A stretch of 64,000 bases of DNA from positions 4,464,001 to 4,528,000 of the forward strand of contig NC_134028.1 of NCBI RefSeq assembly GCF_964204645.1, in the 5' to 3' direction. Source of the stretch: Tubulanus polymorphus (taxonomy: Eukaryota; Animalia; Nemertea). The notes under the pieces are model-generated. The model was not told where the DNA came from and did no database searches. It worked only from the letters and a program-made list of their open reading frames with translations. This document shows positions 21,599 through 34,533 of the stretch, one piece after another. Made by a program: the position numbers and the translations under genes. Each line of letters opens with the position of its first letter. The stretch's first letter is position 1.

Positions 21599-24500
21599 AT
21601 GCGACATCGAAGCACTATTAGAGTTGTTTATGGCTTCGCGAATTTGTTTATCTTCGAATTAATTTTATTCATTTCATCGTGTAATAGTTTAGTAGAGAAT
21701 ATATACTTCATTCCTGAGTTTATGGACGGATTAGAACTGGACGGACCGTACATCGCTGATTTCAGGAGAAACGACCACTTCGGCTGTGTTATAGAGTGCA
21801 ACCTTCGTCCGAATTGTCTTTCGAGCAATTATCATCCGACGCTAAAACTCTGTCAGCTCTCTGACAAAGACGCTTGCAACGCAAAACTGGTGCCATCGAA
21901 TCATACGGTTGTACCCACGTTCAAGGTGAGCCTTTATACGAACCACTATTTCTACATATATACATCAAAGATTATTTCAAAAAAATCATAAACATTGATG
22001 AAACTCTCTGTCCGTGTTGTAAACATTGAATATGAAATTCCAGACTAAGATAAAAAGATACAATCCAAAATGTTTCAGTATTCTTGAAGATGACTAACTA
22101 AAGAATCTAATGAATATTAGCTCAAAGAAAACATTTTGGGTTCTTTTCTATTCTTAGCATGGGGGTCTATATGTAAAGCCCAACGCACACGGCACCGAAA
22201 AAACGTTTTTTCCTCGTGAAAACAACGTTTTCGATGTTTTTTGCTATGCTGTGTGCGGGGGAGGCAAAACACAAAACGCCGAACTGAAAAACGTGAAACA
22301 AATGTTTTGCCGTGTGCGTTGGGCTTTAAGAAACGGGTATTCACTTATTCTGTCTTTATCAGTAATTGTTTTGTTGGGGTACTTTCACTAACTACATTTT
22401 ACCCGTGTCTGAACTACCAAACCTTGGATCATGCGCTCTAAAACGATGCCCATGAAAGCAGGTTTGGCTTAAGTTGAAATTAGTTTCAACTGGGAATCCT
22501 AGGATGACTTTATCATATAATATCATATTATATTATATCATTATTTACCATCAAAGAAAGCCACGCCTATACAGCCTTTTAGTTTTGATATTTAATGCCC
22601 TTTGAGAAAAATGTGTAACTTAACGCGACTCTCTGAATGGTTCTTTATCAGTGTGCTGCCCGTGTACAGAGTGCAGTGACTGATCTAATGATGATCTGTC
22701 TTAAAATTTGTCTTAAAATAGTGATTCACCCTGTTGGTTATTTGATTTATCAGATTTCTATTGATTTGGTGCTCCTTACAAACCGCACCAATCATGCCGG
22801 GAGCAAAACAGGGGGTTTGATTTTGAAATCGGAAATCGAATGCAAATATATAGCTAACTGTGTATTGACCGGTGGTCGAATTTACAGAATTTTCTGTTTA
22901 AATTGAAGTACATAATTGGAATTTTCGGTTCCGGTTCATTAAATAATCTTCTGATTTATACATATGAAATTTCTTGAAATAGGATTTCGGTCTGGCGTTG
23001 TCTGGTGGTATGTATCGGTTTTCCTAAGCGTTGTCGGGTGGTATTACATATATTTCAATGCATGTAAATATATATGAAATTTCCGATAAAAATTAGAAAT
23101 TCTATGTGCGGAGAAGAGTTTTTTTTTCGTTTTTTTATCTTTGAGGAAGCGAATACTGATATACGTACTATCACAAGTGAATTCGGTGCAAATCATATTC
23201 GTTAGAACAATAGTTTTATCGAATATATTCAGCCTGGCACATGCTTGTTGTGGGTTGAAAACGTGTGTTTTTATTGGCTAATTACTTCTTTCACTAATTA
23301 TATGTTGAACACAGGAATGAATCGAGAACTTATAGTCGTTGTCGTTAATATTTTATTCATAAACGATATGCTTGTATTAGTCCGCTGCGCTCTGAATCAG
23401 CTACTGAATGTACGTTCTAATTTACAGTTTTTTAACGCCGTTGCTCGAAAATAGAATTTAACTAAACTCATTAACATTAATGGTTCAATTTCCTCAATTT
23501 CATTACTCCCGCGGCTCATTGATTTATTAGGTAGGCCTATTCTATTACTATATATATATGGTAGCAAGTATGTGTTTATTACTAATGTACAGTCGGTCGG
23601 TAACGCTAGAGGAGCACTTTCAGTTTTGACGTTACTTCAATGAGCCACTCACACATGCTTGACGGCCAAATATGCAATCTGAAAAATGACCTAATAATCT
23701 TTCCATACCGGCCCCGTTTTCATGATAATGTAAAAACCAAATCTTTAGGGTGTGAGACGTGAGGGATCTATAGAAAATTTACGTTCAATATCTAGAATTT
23801 CCGTCAAAAATGTAATCCTTGAAAAGCTCAGCTAGATGTTGATCCATTCGTTTTTTTTTTTTAGGAACAAGAATTTCCTCGCTGTTGTAAAGAGTTGTGG
23901 CTAGCAGACGATCAGCCCGATCAAGAACACGTGATTTACTACCAGAGAATCACCCCGATGCGTTTATTCTGTTATCAGAAATATTCTGAATTCATCACTT
24001 TAAAAACTGGATCGTCTGAAAACTACATCGATTGCTACGGAAGTACTTGGCCCGAACATGGATTTTCTAGATTCACAAAAATACGGTTAGATCCGATGGT
24101 ACGTGTAAACTAAGCCCTCTTCCTTGGCTATTTAGATGTTTAAGGTTAACATTTATTCAAAATGAATTGTCGTAAAATTATGCGCTCCAAAATTATATAT
24201 GCTCAAAGTGATCAGAATTTCCGAGATCGATTGCACTCTCAATATATACTTGGATTAAAGAACAATCTAATCAGCTCATTTGGCTTCTTATCAAATACCA
24301 GTATTTAAGTCAATTTTGTTTCTAGTCAATCTTACTACTTAAGGCCAATCTAATTTTGGTTCTATATTGCAATACCAATGGTGGCTGATTCGGGCCATTA
24401 AATAGAATACCTGGTATGTAAATAAGGGTGCCAGAACGCCGGAACGCCAAAACGAAATAAAACGTCAAATTTTCTTTAAAAATCTGTTTTGGCACACCAA

Positions 24501-25217
24501 AACAAAGAAATTCCGTTTTCGCGCCCCCACCAAAACGAACTTTCATTTTGGCGGCTCCACCAAAACAACGAAAAACGTCGAAATTTCTCTAAAAATACGT
24601 TTTGGCGCGCCAAAACAAAGATTATTCAGCCACCATAATTACCAGTCTGAGTTTATCCCGGACTTGGTAATTTTTAGCACATTGTACCCTGGGCATTTTA
24701 CTACTGATTTGTCGATATTTTCTGCAGACGCTGGAAGTTAAAAGGAATGATTTGACGTTCGCAACGAATCCATCCACAGGGAAGCTATATCAATACGGCC
24801 ATTCATGCGACTGTGACAGTAACCGAGATGGCTTGACAAAAATGAATTTAGAACAAACCGGATTCAAATTTGCCGGAAAAGTAAGTTTACAAGCAAAATC
24901 GTACCAACTTTCAATAGCAAAACAATGATGTTAAGGATTGAGTTTCATGTCGACTTCGACTCGAGGGTTGAAATATTAGATATTGACCGAGGATACAGTT
25001 ATTTCGAGGATATTTCCACGGTAAACACCAAACTTGGCACGATAGTTTACGCGAAACTATTTTTTTCTGTTTTTTTTTTCAGCCGCAATACGTGAACAGT
25101 GGATATCGACCGAGTATGCAGATATTAAAGGCCACAGATACGATCAGTCTTGTGAAATGTAACGGCCGTTGTGCTTACTGCAAACTAAAAAATCCTCTCA
25201 AACTTGCGATTGTATGA
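21599..25217 (+). CDS. Secreted PAN/apple + GON domain protein, 4 exons, ~282 aa
   Basis: Exons 21599-21925, 23865-24098, 24728-24880 and 25083-25217 join in phase 0 with GT-AG. Signal peptide; PAN (CVIECNLRPNCLSSNY...CQLS); GON-like motifs (EFITLKTGSSENY, GFSRFTKIRLDPMTL...DLTFA, MNLEQTGF, CNGRCAYC). AATAAA at 25341. Confidence 0.8.
22174..22328. mobile_element. ~150-bp MITE, PIF/Harbinger-like
   Basis: Perfect 21-bp inverted ends TAAAGCCCAACGCACACGGCA / TGCCGTGTGCGTTGGGCTTTA, including TWA-type flanks. Confidence 0.75.
24378..24636. mobile_element. Possible MITE with internal CCAAAAC subrepeats
   Basis: 11-bp inverted ends ATGGTGGCTGA / TCAGCCACCAT; repeated CCAAAAC/TTTTGGC motifs; no clear TSD. 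Confidence 0.4.
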
Positions 25218-26131
25218 ATTTAATGCTCTATTTCTCTCTTGAAACAGTAATGTTTGTCGTTCACTTTGCTCTAAGTGTCATGTTCTACGATTGTGGTGAG
25301 TTTCAAGGTCATCATTTTTTGTAAATGTGTATAAAAATGGAATAAAAAATCATATTATGCAAATTCTATGTTAATGAATCTGCCTCAAAATGTAATTCGA
25401 AAAGTAGATACGTAAATGCATGGTTGATCATCGCAAGGTTCGTAGGATGTACATATTAAAAATAAATCAATTATAAAAACTGATGACATTATTCGTCTAT
25501 TCGTTTTGAAAAGGAAAAGTAATAACCACAGGAAGGAGGTCATGTGTATGTTCTTCGAGTGTTCGTATAACAACACAAAAAGCCGCAAGTTTATGGAGCT
25601 GTATACACTGTACACAGCTTAGTGTCCACGCCGCCACGTGCTCTTAATACACAGGTCCACCGCAAAGTTGAGGTACCGGTATTGCGTGGCGTTCTATGGC
25701 GAAAATACGTACGTATTCCTTTAAGTAATTCAGAGCTGTTTTAATAGTTGATTATGGGATCGGGGGATGACCTATAGCATGTTAGCTATGTTCCTGGAAA
25801 ACCTTGAGAGTTACAGTCATAGTAGATGCGGGTTGTTTTTCCAGTTAAAACTATTTGCAGTTTCAATCACAAGCCGAAAGCACAGGGGCTCGTAAAAGTT
25901 ATAGGGTGAATAGTTAGTAGGCCATATCATATCTCTCGTTCGAGTCCCCGATATTGGATGACAGGTGTTATTTATCAATAGTATAAGCTACTAAGTAACT
26001 ATTTACCCCCAAACTTCAAATACGAACCCCAGGTGCCCGACATAATGCGCCAGAACAGATTCCAGATTTGATAGAGACCGATCGAGACCTCCCTTCTTTC
26101 ATTAGTTGTATTTCTATGTAGACGTGTCGAG

Positions 26132-26737
26132 ATGCCTCCAAGAAAGAAAGCGAAGACTTCAGTAGAGAAGCCGGCGAGTAGCGCGGCGGCGGCGGCGAAT
26201 AAATCAACCGAAAGTGTTTCCTATTCTCATTGGCTCATAAAATCGGAACCGGAAAGCAGATTAGAGAAGGGTATCGACGTTAAATTCGGCATCGAGGATC
26301 TGAAGAATGAGCCGGAGCAGACCGCGTGCTGGGACGGAGTCAGGAACTATCAGGCGCGAAACTTCATGCGACTGATGAAAGTTGGACAACGAGCGTTTTT
26401 CTATCACAGCAATTGTAAACCACCGGGTGTTATTGGAATTGTTGAGATTGTCAAAGAAAGCTACGTCGATCATACCCAGTTCGATAAGAAAGATCCCCAT
26501 TTTGACCCTTCCAGTAAACGGGAGAACCCGAAGTGGTCTATGGTCGATGTCAAATTCATTCGTATGCTAAAACGATATATTCCCTTACACGAGTTGAAAC
26601 GGTTGCATCTCGAACATAAGCAACGCGAGGGTCCTCTCGCAAACCTAGCTCTCTTCACTAAAGCGAGGTTATCGGTACAACCATTAACTACTGACGAATG
26701 GGATTTCATTTTGAGTTTGGAAGATGAAGAGCCTTGA
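26132..26737 (+). CDS. THYN1: Thymocyte nuclear protein 1 (EVE domain), 201 aa, uninterrupted CDS
   Basis: HWLIKSEPESRLEKGIDVKFGIEDLK, WDGVRNYQARNFMR, FFYHSNCK, RLSVQPLT are THYN1/EVE signatures. Confidence 0.95.
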   Translation: MPPRKKAKTSVEKPASSAAAAANKSTESVSYSHWLIKSEPESRLEKGIDVKFGIEDLKNEPEQTACWDGVRNYQARNFMRLMKVGQRAFFYHSNCKPPGVIGIVEIVKESYVDHTQFDKKDPHFDPSSKRENPKWSMVDVKFIRMLKRYIPLHELKRLHLEHKQREGPLANLALFTKARLSVQPLTTDEWDFILSLEDEEP

Positions 26738-28095
26738 ATGAACTTTAGAGACTTCTTCTCAAGGAGGTCAGATCGACAAAGAATTATTGCCTGAGAAAAA
26801 TAAACCTTTAAAAATAAAGCTTTAATTAATTACATACAAATAATATGTTTATTTTGATACTTAAAAATTAACAATACATGATACAATCAAATACAGTGTA
26901 CTACAATAAAATACTTATTATCATTTCAGTTATTTTTATTGTTAAGTTATAATGATGTAGACATCAAATTTAGACGGTTCAGAATCAGCAGCTTTGATTA
27001 TGTTTATAAATTCCATACATTCTTTACGATTCAATTCGCGACGACCGAAATTAGGGGACGGACACAAGTTGACTTGTTTGGAAGGAATCTGATTAACTAG
27101 TAAAATGAAAATATGGCAAATAGAAAGAAACGACCTTTTTGTTTGAATGACTAGTGTTTTAGTTACAGTTCATAATCATCGCTCTAGACACTGGATCTAG
27201 CTCCACAGTCGTTGATAAATGTGAACCCTTCAGTTAACATCAGTTCATTTCGGATGTAATTATAATCAAATTTGGACCATGAACTGTAGAACACGTAGAT
27301 CCACACGTAACTATTCAATTAATTTCCCACCGTGAACTGCTAACTGTAAAACCTACTAAAACCAACTAAATTGGAGTTAAATTAATTGAGACAGAATCAA
27401 ATGAAATGCACTTTTACATGAATAAATACATGTAAAATAATTCATTAACTAGATTAGTTTTTGATGAGCTGCAGAAATAATTAGACACACGCTTAGAATA
27501 AAATCACACATCAGAATAATAGAAAGCGAGTTCACCAACCACAAATCTATCAAAAAACGTCCATATTGTACGAATTATACATAGATTTTACAAGACGTTT
27601 CCATCGAATTACAGGAAGACACTTCCAACACGCTCATTATGCATCAGATAAGACATTCCTTTGTGTCAGTCTTCTAAGCATTTTCTGGCGTATACATGAA
27701 CACGTTGATTACTAAGAGCCTTCACATTTGTATATGATAAATGACAATACATACTTTCCTTAATAAATGGCTAGATATAAATTTATAGTAAAAGATAATA
27801 AGTGATACCGGTATGTATAGATGACTGTCTTACAAAGTTTTAACAACAACAATTTTACAGAAAGAATTTCAGGTACAAAATTTTATCTGAAATTTGTATA
27901 GCACCTATATACTAACTATGCAGCAGACTCCGTTCAAAGTCGGATCCGTTGAACTCAAGAGCTGGATGTTCCTTGTTGATATATTTTTGCGACACTACGT
28001 ACATATTAAATACCCGGTATGAAACATCCAAACTCAGTCGGACATTTTTCTGGTCCGACTAACGCGGTGTCTACTGCATTTCACTGCAGGGTCAC

Positions 28096-31000
28096 TCAAA
28101 GTTCAGATTTTTTCATGCTTCCATCTTCTGAATCAGTGCTGCTTCCCATTTGTAACAATAACGCGTTCCTATTTCCTGTAATATTTAAAGACCGAATTAT
28201 AGACGAATGTACTGCAAACCCAAGTCATACATACCTTTATACCATATATACCTTTTATATTCAGTGAACTGTGGACGGCTGATTCAGAATCATCTGTAAA
28301 TCTGGGCTCATCTGAAAACAAGTGATTACAGTGTAGAACAGCCACACTGACTCGGACGTGGAGAATAGATGATAAAATTAATCCTAGCTTCATACAAATT
28401 AAAAGGATTAAAAACTTGATTTATTCATCGTATCAAAAATCAAAAGAAAATTAGTTTCGAAATCTCTCTTAAAGACCATCATCAGGTGCGAAAATACTGA
28501 AATTTCGTTTTAGATTTATGTACTACTAGTGGTCATGGTAAGTGAATAATAGTGAGGCCACAGAACTCGGGTTGTGAAATACACTCATAGCTTTATAATG
28601 AAACTCACTAAGAATATCACTGATTTCTCTTTCAATTTCAGCATTTACATCTACTACATCATCCTCTCCATCACTGGATTCACTACTGCTCTCTTTGGGA
28701 TAACTAAAAACGTCTGGCTCTTCCAACTCATCAAACGACACTGCCTTTAACTTCGCCTTCTGAATTCAACAGAATTAGACTCTTCACAGAAGAAAACAGA
28801 GAGAAGAGACAATACTAACTATAAAGAATGATTTTGAACTTAATTACCCCTGGTTTCCTAAATGAGCTCCTTTTCCGAACTGATTTACCATCTTGGTCGA
28901 TGACAGTTGTAAATTCACGAGTGAAATAATGATTATCGGGATCAACGTGTGGCATTTCTTCAGGAGCATCAGATACATCAATCTCGGAGTCTTTCATATC
29001 CATCGCCTGTTTATCAAAATAATAAATGATAATCATGCACTATAAATTATGATTTAAGGTGGTGTTTATATATATATATATATATAAACCTGATTAGGAA
29101 ATCGTTCGCCAAATGCTTGTCTCGTTGTATGTGGATCTACATGTTGATGATGACGATGGTGATGATGTTGATGTATGTGACTCTCACTAGGTGGCGTCTC
29201 CGGAGACCCGAGGGACATATCATCGTCCCAATCATCGAACTTCATTGTAACCGCGCCAATACCAACTTTCTTCTTCCCGGTCGGGCTATCTTGCGAAGTT
29301 TCAGAATTAGAAATTGAATTTATGATGGATGGCATCAGTGCATCAGTAGAATCTGAAACAAAACAAAGTATATCAGAGCCACAAGAAGAGGGTGAGAGAA
29401 AAAAGTAACTAGTAAAGTTGGTGAGTACCTTGTTGACTAGAGGTGTGGGTTTCATTGTGCATGGATTGGTTGTAAGTGATTGGAAAGTGAATTGTTTGTT
29501 TGGAAGGTGATTCTAATTCATCCTCAGTGCGTTCAGTTTCCGGTAGATTAGTTGGAATGTAAGGTGTTGTAGTACCTCCTGACAGAAGTAGATCCTGCGG
29601 GAATGATGATGAAGCCGGCGGATCCTCGGTATCCGGGGATACAGTAATTGGTTCGAATGCAGCAGTTGGTACCGGTATCATCATCAGTGGAGATGGAGCT
29701 CTCGGTGGTTGATTTATTTGTAACTCGTTTGAGTTTTTCATCTGATTTTGCGAAGTTAAGTTATCGACTTCGAAATCGTACAAATCAGAAATGACATTCG
29801 GGTGCATGAGAGCATTGTTTGTTTCTTCAGGTGCCGATAGTTGTGTCAACGGTGGGATAGCTGCTGATAGTTGTGTAGCTTCAGATTGTTGTGTATCAAC
29901 TGTAAGTTGTAATGTGTCTGGAAGTGGGTTGATGATACTCTTTGATACTTCGGGTTTCTGCTCATCTTTATTTCCCCACGCAATAGTCTCCTCGTTTGTA
30001 TCAGTGAGTTTAATCGATGTTCTTGGTTTTACTGATGGTTTTATCATCATCTCTTCGATGACCTGGTTGGAAATTACAGGTTCAACAGTAACCACTGTTG
30101 GCTGTTCTTTGGGCATCATTTGTTCCCATCTTTTATCAAAAGCGGCTACATCAGCATCTTCCTGCGATTGTTTAAGCTGTTTAAGAAGCTCATGGATCTC
30201 AGAAAGAGATTTACGATTTGCAGGTTCTTCAGTCCAACATGTCAACATTACTTCATATCTACAACACAAAGGTACATAGAAGTTCAGATACGGACTACAG
30301 TTTAAGTTTAACTGATACAATTAAAAAAGGTTCTAAAGATGATGATAACGTAGAACGTAGTTTATGAAGGGAACCACAGGTCTTAAGAAAGCAATGAAGA
30401 AATCAAGAAGATCTTCAGAAGTGTTCATTATGTTATTTGAGTTGTGTCTTACAGTTTCTCTTTATGTTTCACAAGTCCTACAGGTGATGGTAAGATAAAC
30501 CGCTCTTTCGACAGGATCTTCTGAATCAAATCACTGTCTGAAATATTATCATACGGCAATTTCCCGAAATGAACCATCTCCCAAAGAGCCACACCGAACG
30601 ACCTGAAATTGTTTACCATACAGAACAATGTCATTAGAATATCAATGAAGTATGATATGCAAGCAGTCAAGTCCCTGTACTTACCATACATTAGCTTTCT
30701 TGTCGATTTTGTTCATGTAAATCTGTCCTAGATTAGAATGAATAGACTCTGGTGCACACCATCTCAGAGGAATCGGGTTACCCAGTGAAAAGTGGTAGTC
30801 ATCCTGCAAGAGACATAATCACTTAAGGTATTTGATCGCCAAACAAGAGCAAATTATCATACAAATTTTCATAATGTATGTCTCTCATAATCATACAGGG
30901 TCCCTACAGATCAGTCATTCCTGGATATAAGGAGTTTTCAAGGAGTTCTAAAGGAAAAAATTTCATATTCTAAGGAAGCATCTGCATCACTTTCTCATTA

Positions 31001-34000
31001 CCCAATAATACTGCTTATCTCGGTAAGCCATTGATTCAATGATATTGTAGGCACATCTTCCCACAACCAATATTTCGTTTCTAATTCAATTACCACCTAA
31101 TTGGTTAAAAATAATCCAGGTCCCAACTGTATCGATTTAAGGGGAGTCTACTATACAACTAAGACCAGCCAAAAATTTCTGATTGACTATTTCTCAAAAT
31201 TGAAGGAGTTTTGGGCATTATGTTCAAACTTAAGATGTTTCAAGCACCTGTAAAAGCATTTTCCGTTTTGAAGGAGTTTTCATGGAATCAAGGAGTCGTA
31301 GGGACCCTGTCATATATGGATTGGTGCTAAAGATAGAATCCACGTGTAATCAAGTGTGTCACACGTACTATAGGGATTTCTACAACTGCTGCTGATGTGA
31401 TGAAGAATTCAACATTGTGTAATGAGGTAGATATTCACAGCTGGGTTTTAGAAAGAATTAATCACCAATAGGAAAAATCATTATGATGAATAGTTTTAGT
31501 GCAAAGTGCTCTTCTGGATATATTTTCAATTGCTGTTAAGAAGAAGACACACCAGGAATGGTTGGAAAATCTGACAAACACAAGATATTGAATCAAAATG
31601 GTTATTAGTTAAGCATGATATACAATCATTTTAGACAAGCCATTGCATGATGGCCGCCTTAATAATTCATCCATGATGATTCTACAGAGGCAGTCATCTT
31701 TATGGAAGGAAAAATAGTAAGCACTAAATGATAGAGCAATATTTAGCATTTCTACTAGTATCATTAGCTCATATGCTTGTCTTCAATTATCATTTAATTG
31801 TTTGCCACATATGATTCATTAATCACTCGATTATTTGCGGGATACATTGAATGGAAAATAGGCTGCCATCAATTTTTCATTATATTTTCATTGACTGATT
31901 ATTGAGTACTGTAATATATGAAAGTTTCAAAAAAGCAAGATGATCTCATTAGATCGAAGCAGGTTAGAAGGGTTGCACATGCTGGAACATAAACCTTATA
32001 AGTCTCCTCAGAAATGCCATAATCGCCTATTTTAATAGACATATCAATAGACACCATGCAGTTTCTTAATGCGAAATCACTGAAAAATGAACCGACATGC
32101 GAAATACAATAACATAGCTTTTATACAAACTACCAGATTAAGAGGGCATGACATTACACATTATATGTTTCATTTATAGCGTATTTCATAGTTTTATCAC
32201 ATCGAATTGCAGGTAACTTACTGGTGAATGAAGTTATGTTGATGAAGACAATATAAACCAGCAGCTAAATCACACGAATACTTCAACAACGTTCCACGGA
32301 TATTGAACGAATTTATTTCGTTTTTACGCTTCAACAAAAAAGCTTTTAAATCTCCCTACAAATATAGACAAACGTCCCGAAATCAATGCGTATTTTGTCT
32401 CACGAGGAAAGTTTTAATGGGAACAATAAGATACGTACCAATGGGAAGTATTCCATAATGATCAGATATGGAACGTTTTCCGTACAAACACCAAGAATTC
32501 TCATCAAATTCTGATGATCCAATTCCCTAGAATTTAAAATATCAAGATTAATCACAAAACATCCTTTCAATTATGGGCTGCATGGCCTGAGTGGGCCGGT
32601 GTATATAGATAGATTATTACCATATAGCAGACTACTGTTACCTGTAAGGAATGTTATCCATCATGAATCGATATTGTTCATCCTGTGTCGCGGTCGGTTC
32701 AAGCATTTTTATGGCTACTTTCGACTTCCTCATTCCCATCACAATCCTTTGAGCTTCAGCCTGTAAAACGCGCCCGAACCAACCACTTCCGAGTTCTTTA
32801 ATAAACTGTATCTGTGAACGAGGGAACTGTTTCTCCTTCGCTGCAACAATTAAGCATCACATAAATCACTACGAGATAGCTAATTATATAAACGGCCCAT
32901 CCTCCAAAGGCAAGGTTTGAAGGTCGTACCAAAGTATTTAGAGCAATTTTATTCAAAAGAGCATCCTCTTTAGACTGTAGAAGTACCATTTTCCAGATTT
33001 TTGACAAAGTTTTGCCTTTTCTTTACAGAAACCGACTTAAAATAAATTCAACTTCAATAATTATGAGGGTCTCATCACAGACCCCCTGAATCCACTCTAG
33101 TAGCACATTATACCTGATAACTCCTCAGTGCCAAGGTTTTGACTGGCACTCCTCGCGATACGAGGATGTAAAGTACATTGACCGAAATCCCTCGGCAGGA
33201 TTGAAGCGGAACGTGGCTCTTCATTAACGACAACCACCGCTGGCGCCACCTTCTCATTCAGATTCAAACTACCCGTCATGTCATTTCTAGTTACAGTGTA
33301 TGTTCCTTGTGGTGAATCAACATCTTCACTGTGCTGCTGATGCTGTTCATCTTCAAATCTCTGCAAATAAGTCATGAATATGGTCACCTAAATCAAAACC
33401 TTGGTTCACCCCGACACCAACCCGCAGTATCCTAATCTATATCTGGTATATACCTACGTAGAACAAATGAGTTTGCACTAGCCTTCTTAGGGGAGTAGGA
33501 TTTTGATTCTGGATGCCAGCCTTAGATAAGCCCCTGTTAGTACAGGGGAGGGCTGAGGCCTTCAGATTCTCTCTACTCTGCTTAGTAGGCCTATACCTGA
33601 TCGTTGGTAGAAAGCTTTTTATAATCGGATGGGCTTGTCAATATCTAGAATCATGAAACTCTGTCTCGGGTTACTAACTACATGTATAAAGTAAAATAAA
33701 CGCTGAAATGGTACTTTGCTCACCTCGAATTTGAACTGTTTGTAACAACATAAACAAACAACAATCGTGAAAGTGGCTCCGAGAAGCGACGCTAATGATC
33801 CAATTATAATTATTATAATCACTCCACCATCACTGCTGGCTTCATCAATCATCTTCAACTGCAAACCAATCAACCGACCGAACAACAAGTCAAGAATAAA
33901 ACAATTTTTGACGATCAACTATCTCTAATTACGATCTTGGAAGCTCATGCACTAAGTTACGCAGTGTGACATTGACTGCCAGCTCATCAATGTATAGTAA

Positions 34001-34029
34001 CAGAAATATGGGTAAATATGACTTGTCAT
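28096..34029 (-). CDS. Lemur tyrosine kinase (LMTK/AATK family), ~15 exons
   Basis: Putative first exon 33961-34029, then TM helix (VIIIIIIGSLASLLGATFTIVVCLCC). Kinase exons read ELGSGWFGRV, VAIKML, IHSDFALRNC, KIGDYG, IPLRWCAPE, NVWSFGVALWE, YEVMLTCW; GxGWFG, HSD and DYG are LMTK-type. Long low-complexity tail with KAVSF; inferred C-terminus ...MKKSEL*. Confidence 0.9.
30896..31309. mobile_element. 414-bp non-autonomous DNA transposon with hAT-like ends and 5-bp TSD
   Basis: TIRs CAGGGTCCCTAC / GTAGGGACCCTG; TCATA duplicated at 30891-30895 and 31310-31314; repeated subterminal AAGGAGTT. Confidence 0.85.
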
Positions 34030-34109
34030 TGAGTGAAACCAACTTCACGAGAAAGAAGAACGGATAATAATTTGTTTATGTTTTGTTTATTTAGTATAAG
34101 GGAGGCGTA

Positions 34110-34165
34110 CATCCACCATTTTGAACGCAGCGTTCTCGTTGCACATGGTTTATCTCGCGAGAATT
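34110..34165. promoter_or_regulatory. Putative bidirectional promoter core between LMTK and the FAM104-like gene
   Basis: Perfect TCTCGCGAGA palindrome at 34153-34162 and YY1-like CCATTTTG at ~34116-34123, between divergent genes. Confidence 0.5.
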
Positions 34166-34533
34166 CAGTCAAAATAAAAATCCAATAAAACTTTCTTATT
34201 GACTTAGCAGAAATATCTATTTCCTATGTGTTAGGGAAAATAAACTTCAGACAATTGAAACTGTCCAGGTTTGAATATATATATATAAATAGCCTAATAA
34301 TTAGAAAGTAGAAAGGGTTCGAATGCCACTTTTATCTAGGTTTTTTAACCAGACTCCCCGATATTTTCAATACGATATTTTTTCCACATGATAATTACAA
34401 AACATTTGATATTAAATTATTAGGAACTGCATGAGTCGCACTATTTCGATTAGTTTATGAATTAACGATTTTCGCCGCCACTAGGTGGTGCTTCGGGACA
34501 TTTGCCATTTTTCTAGTCTCCAAATATTTTGAC

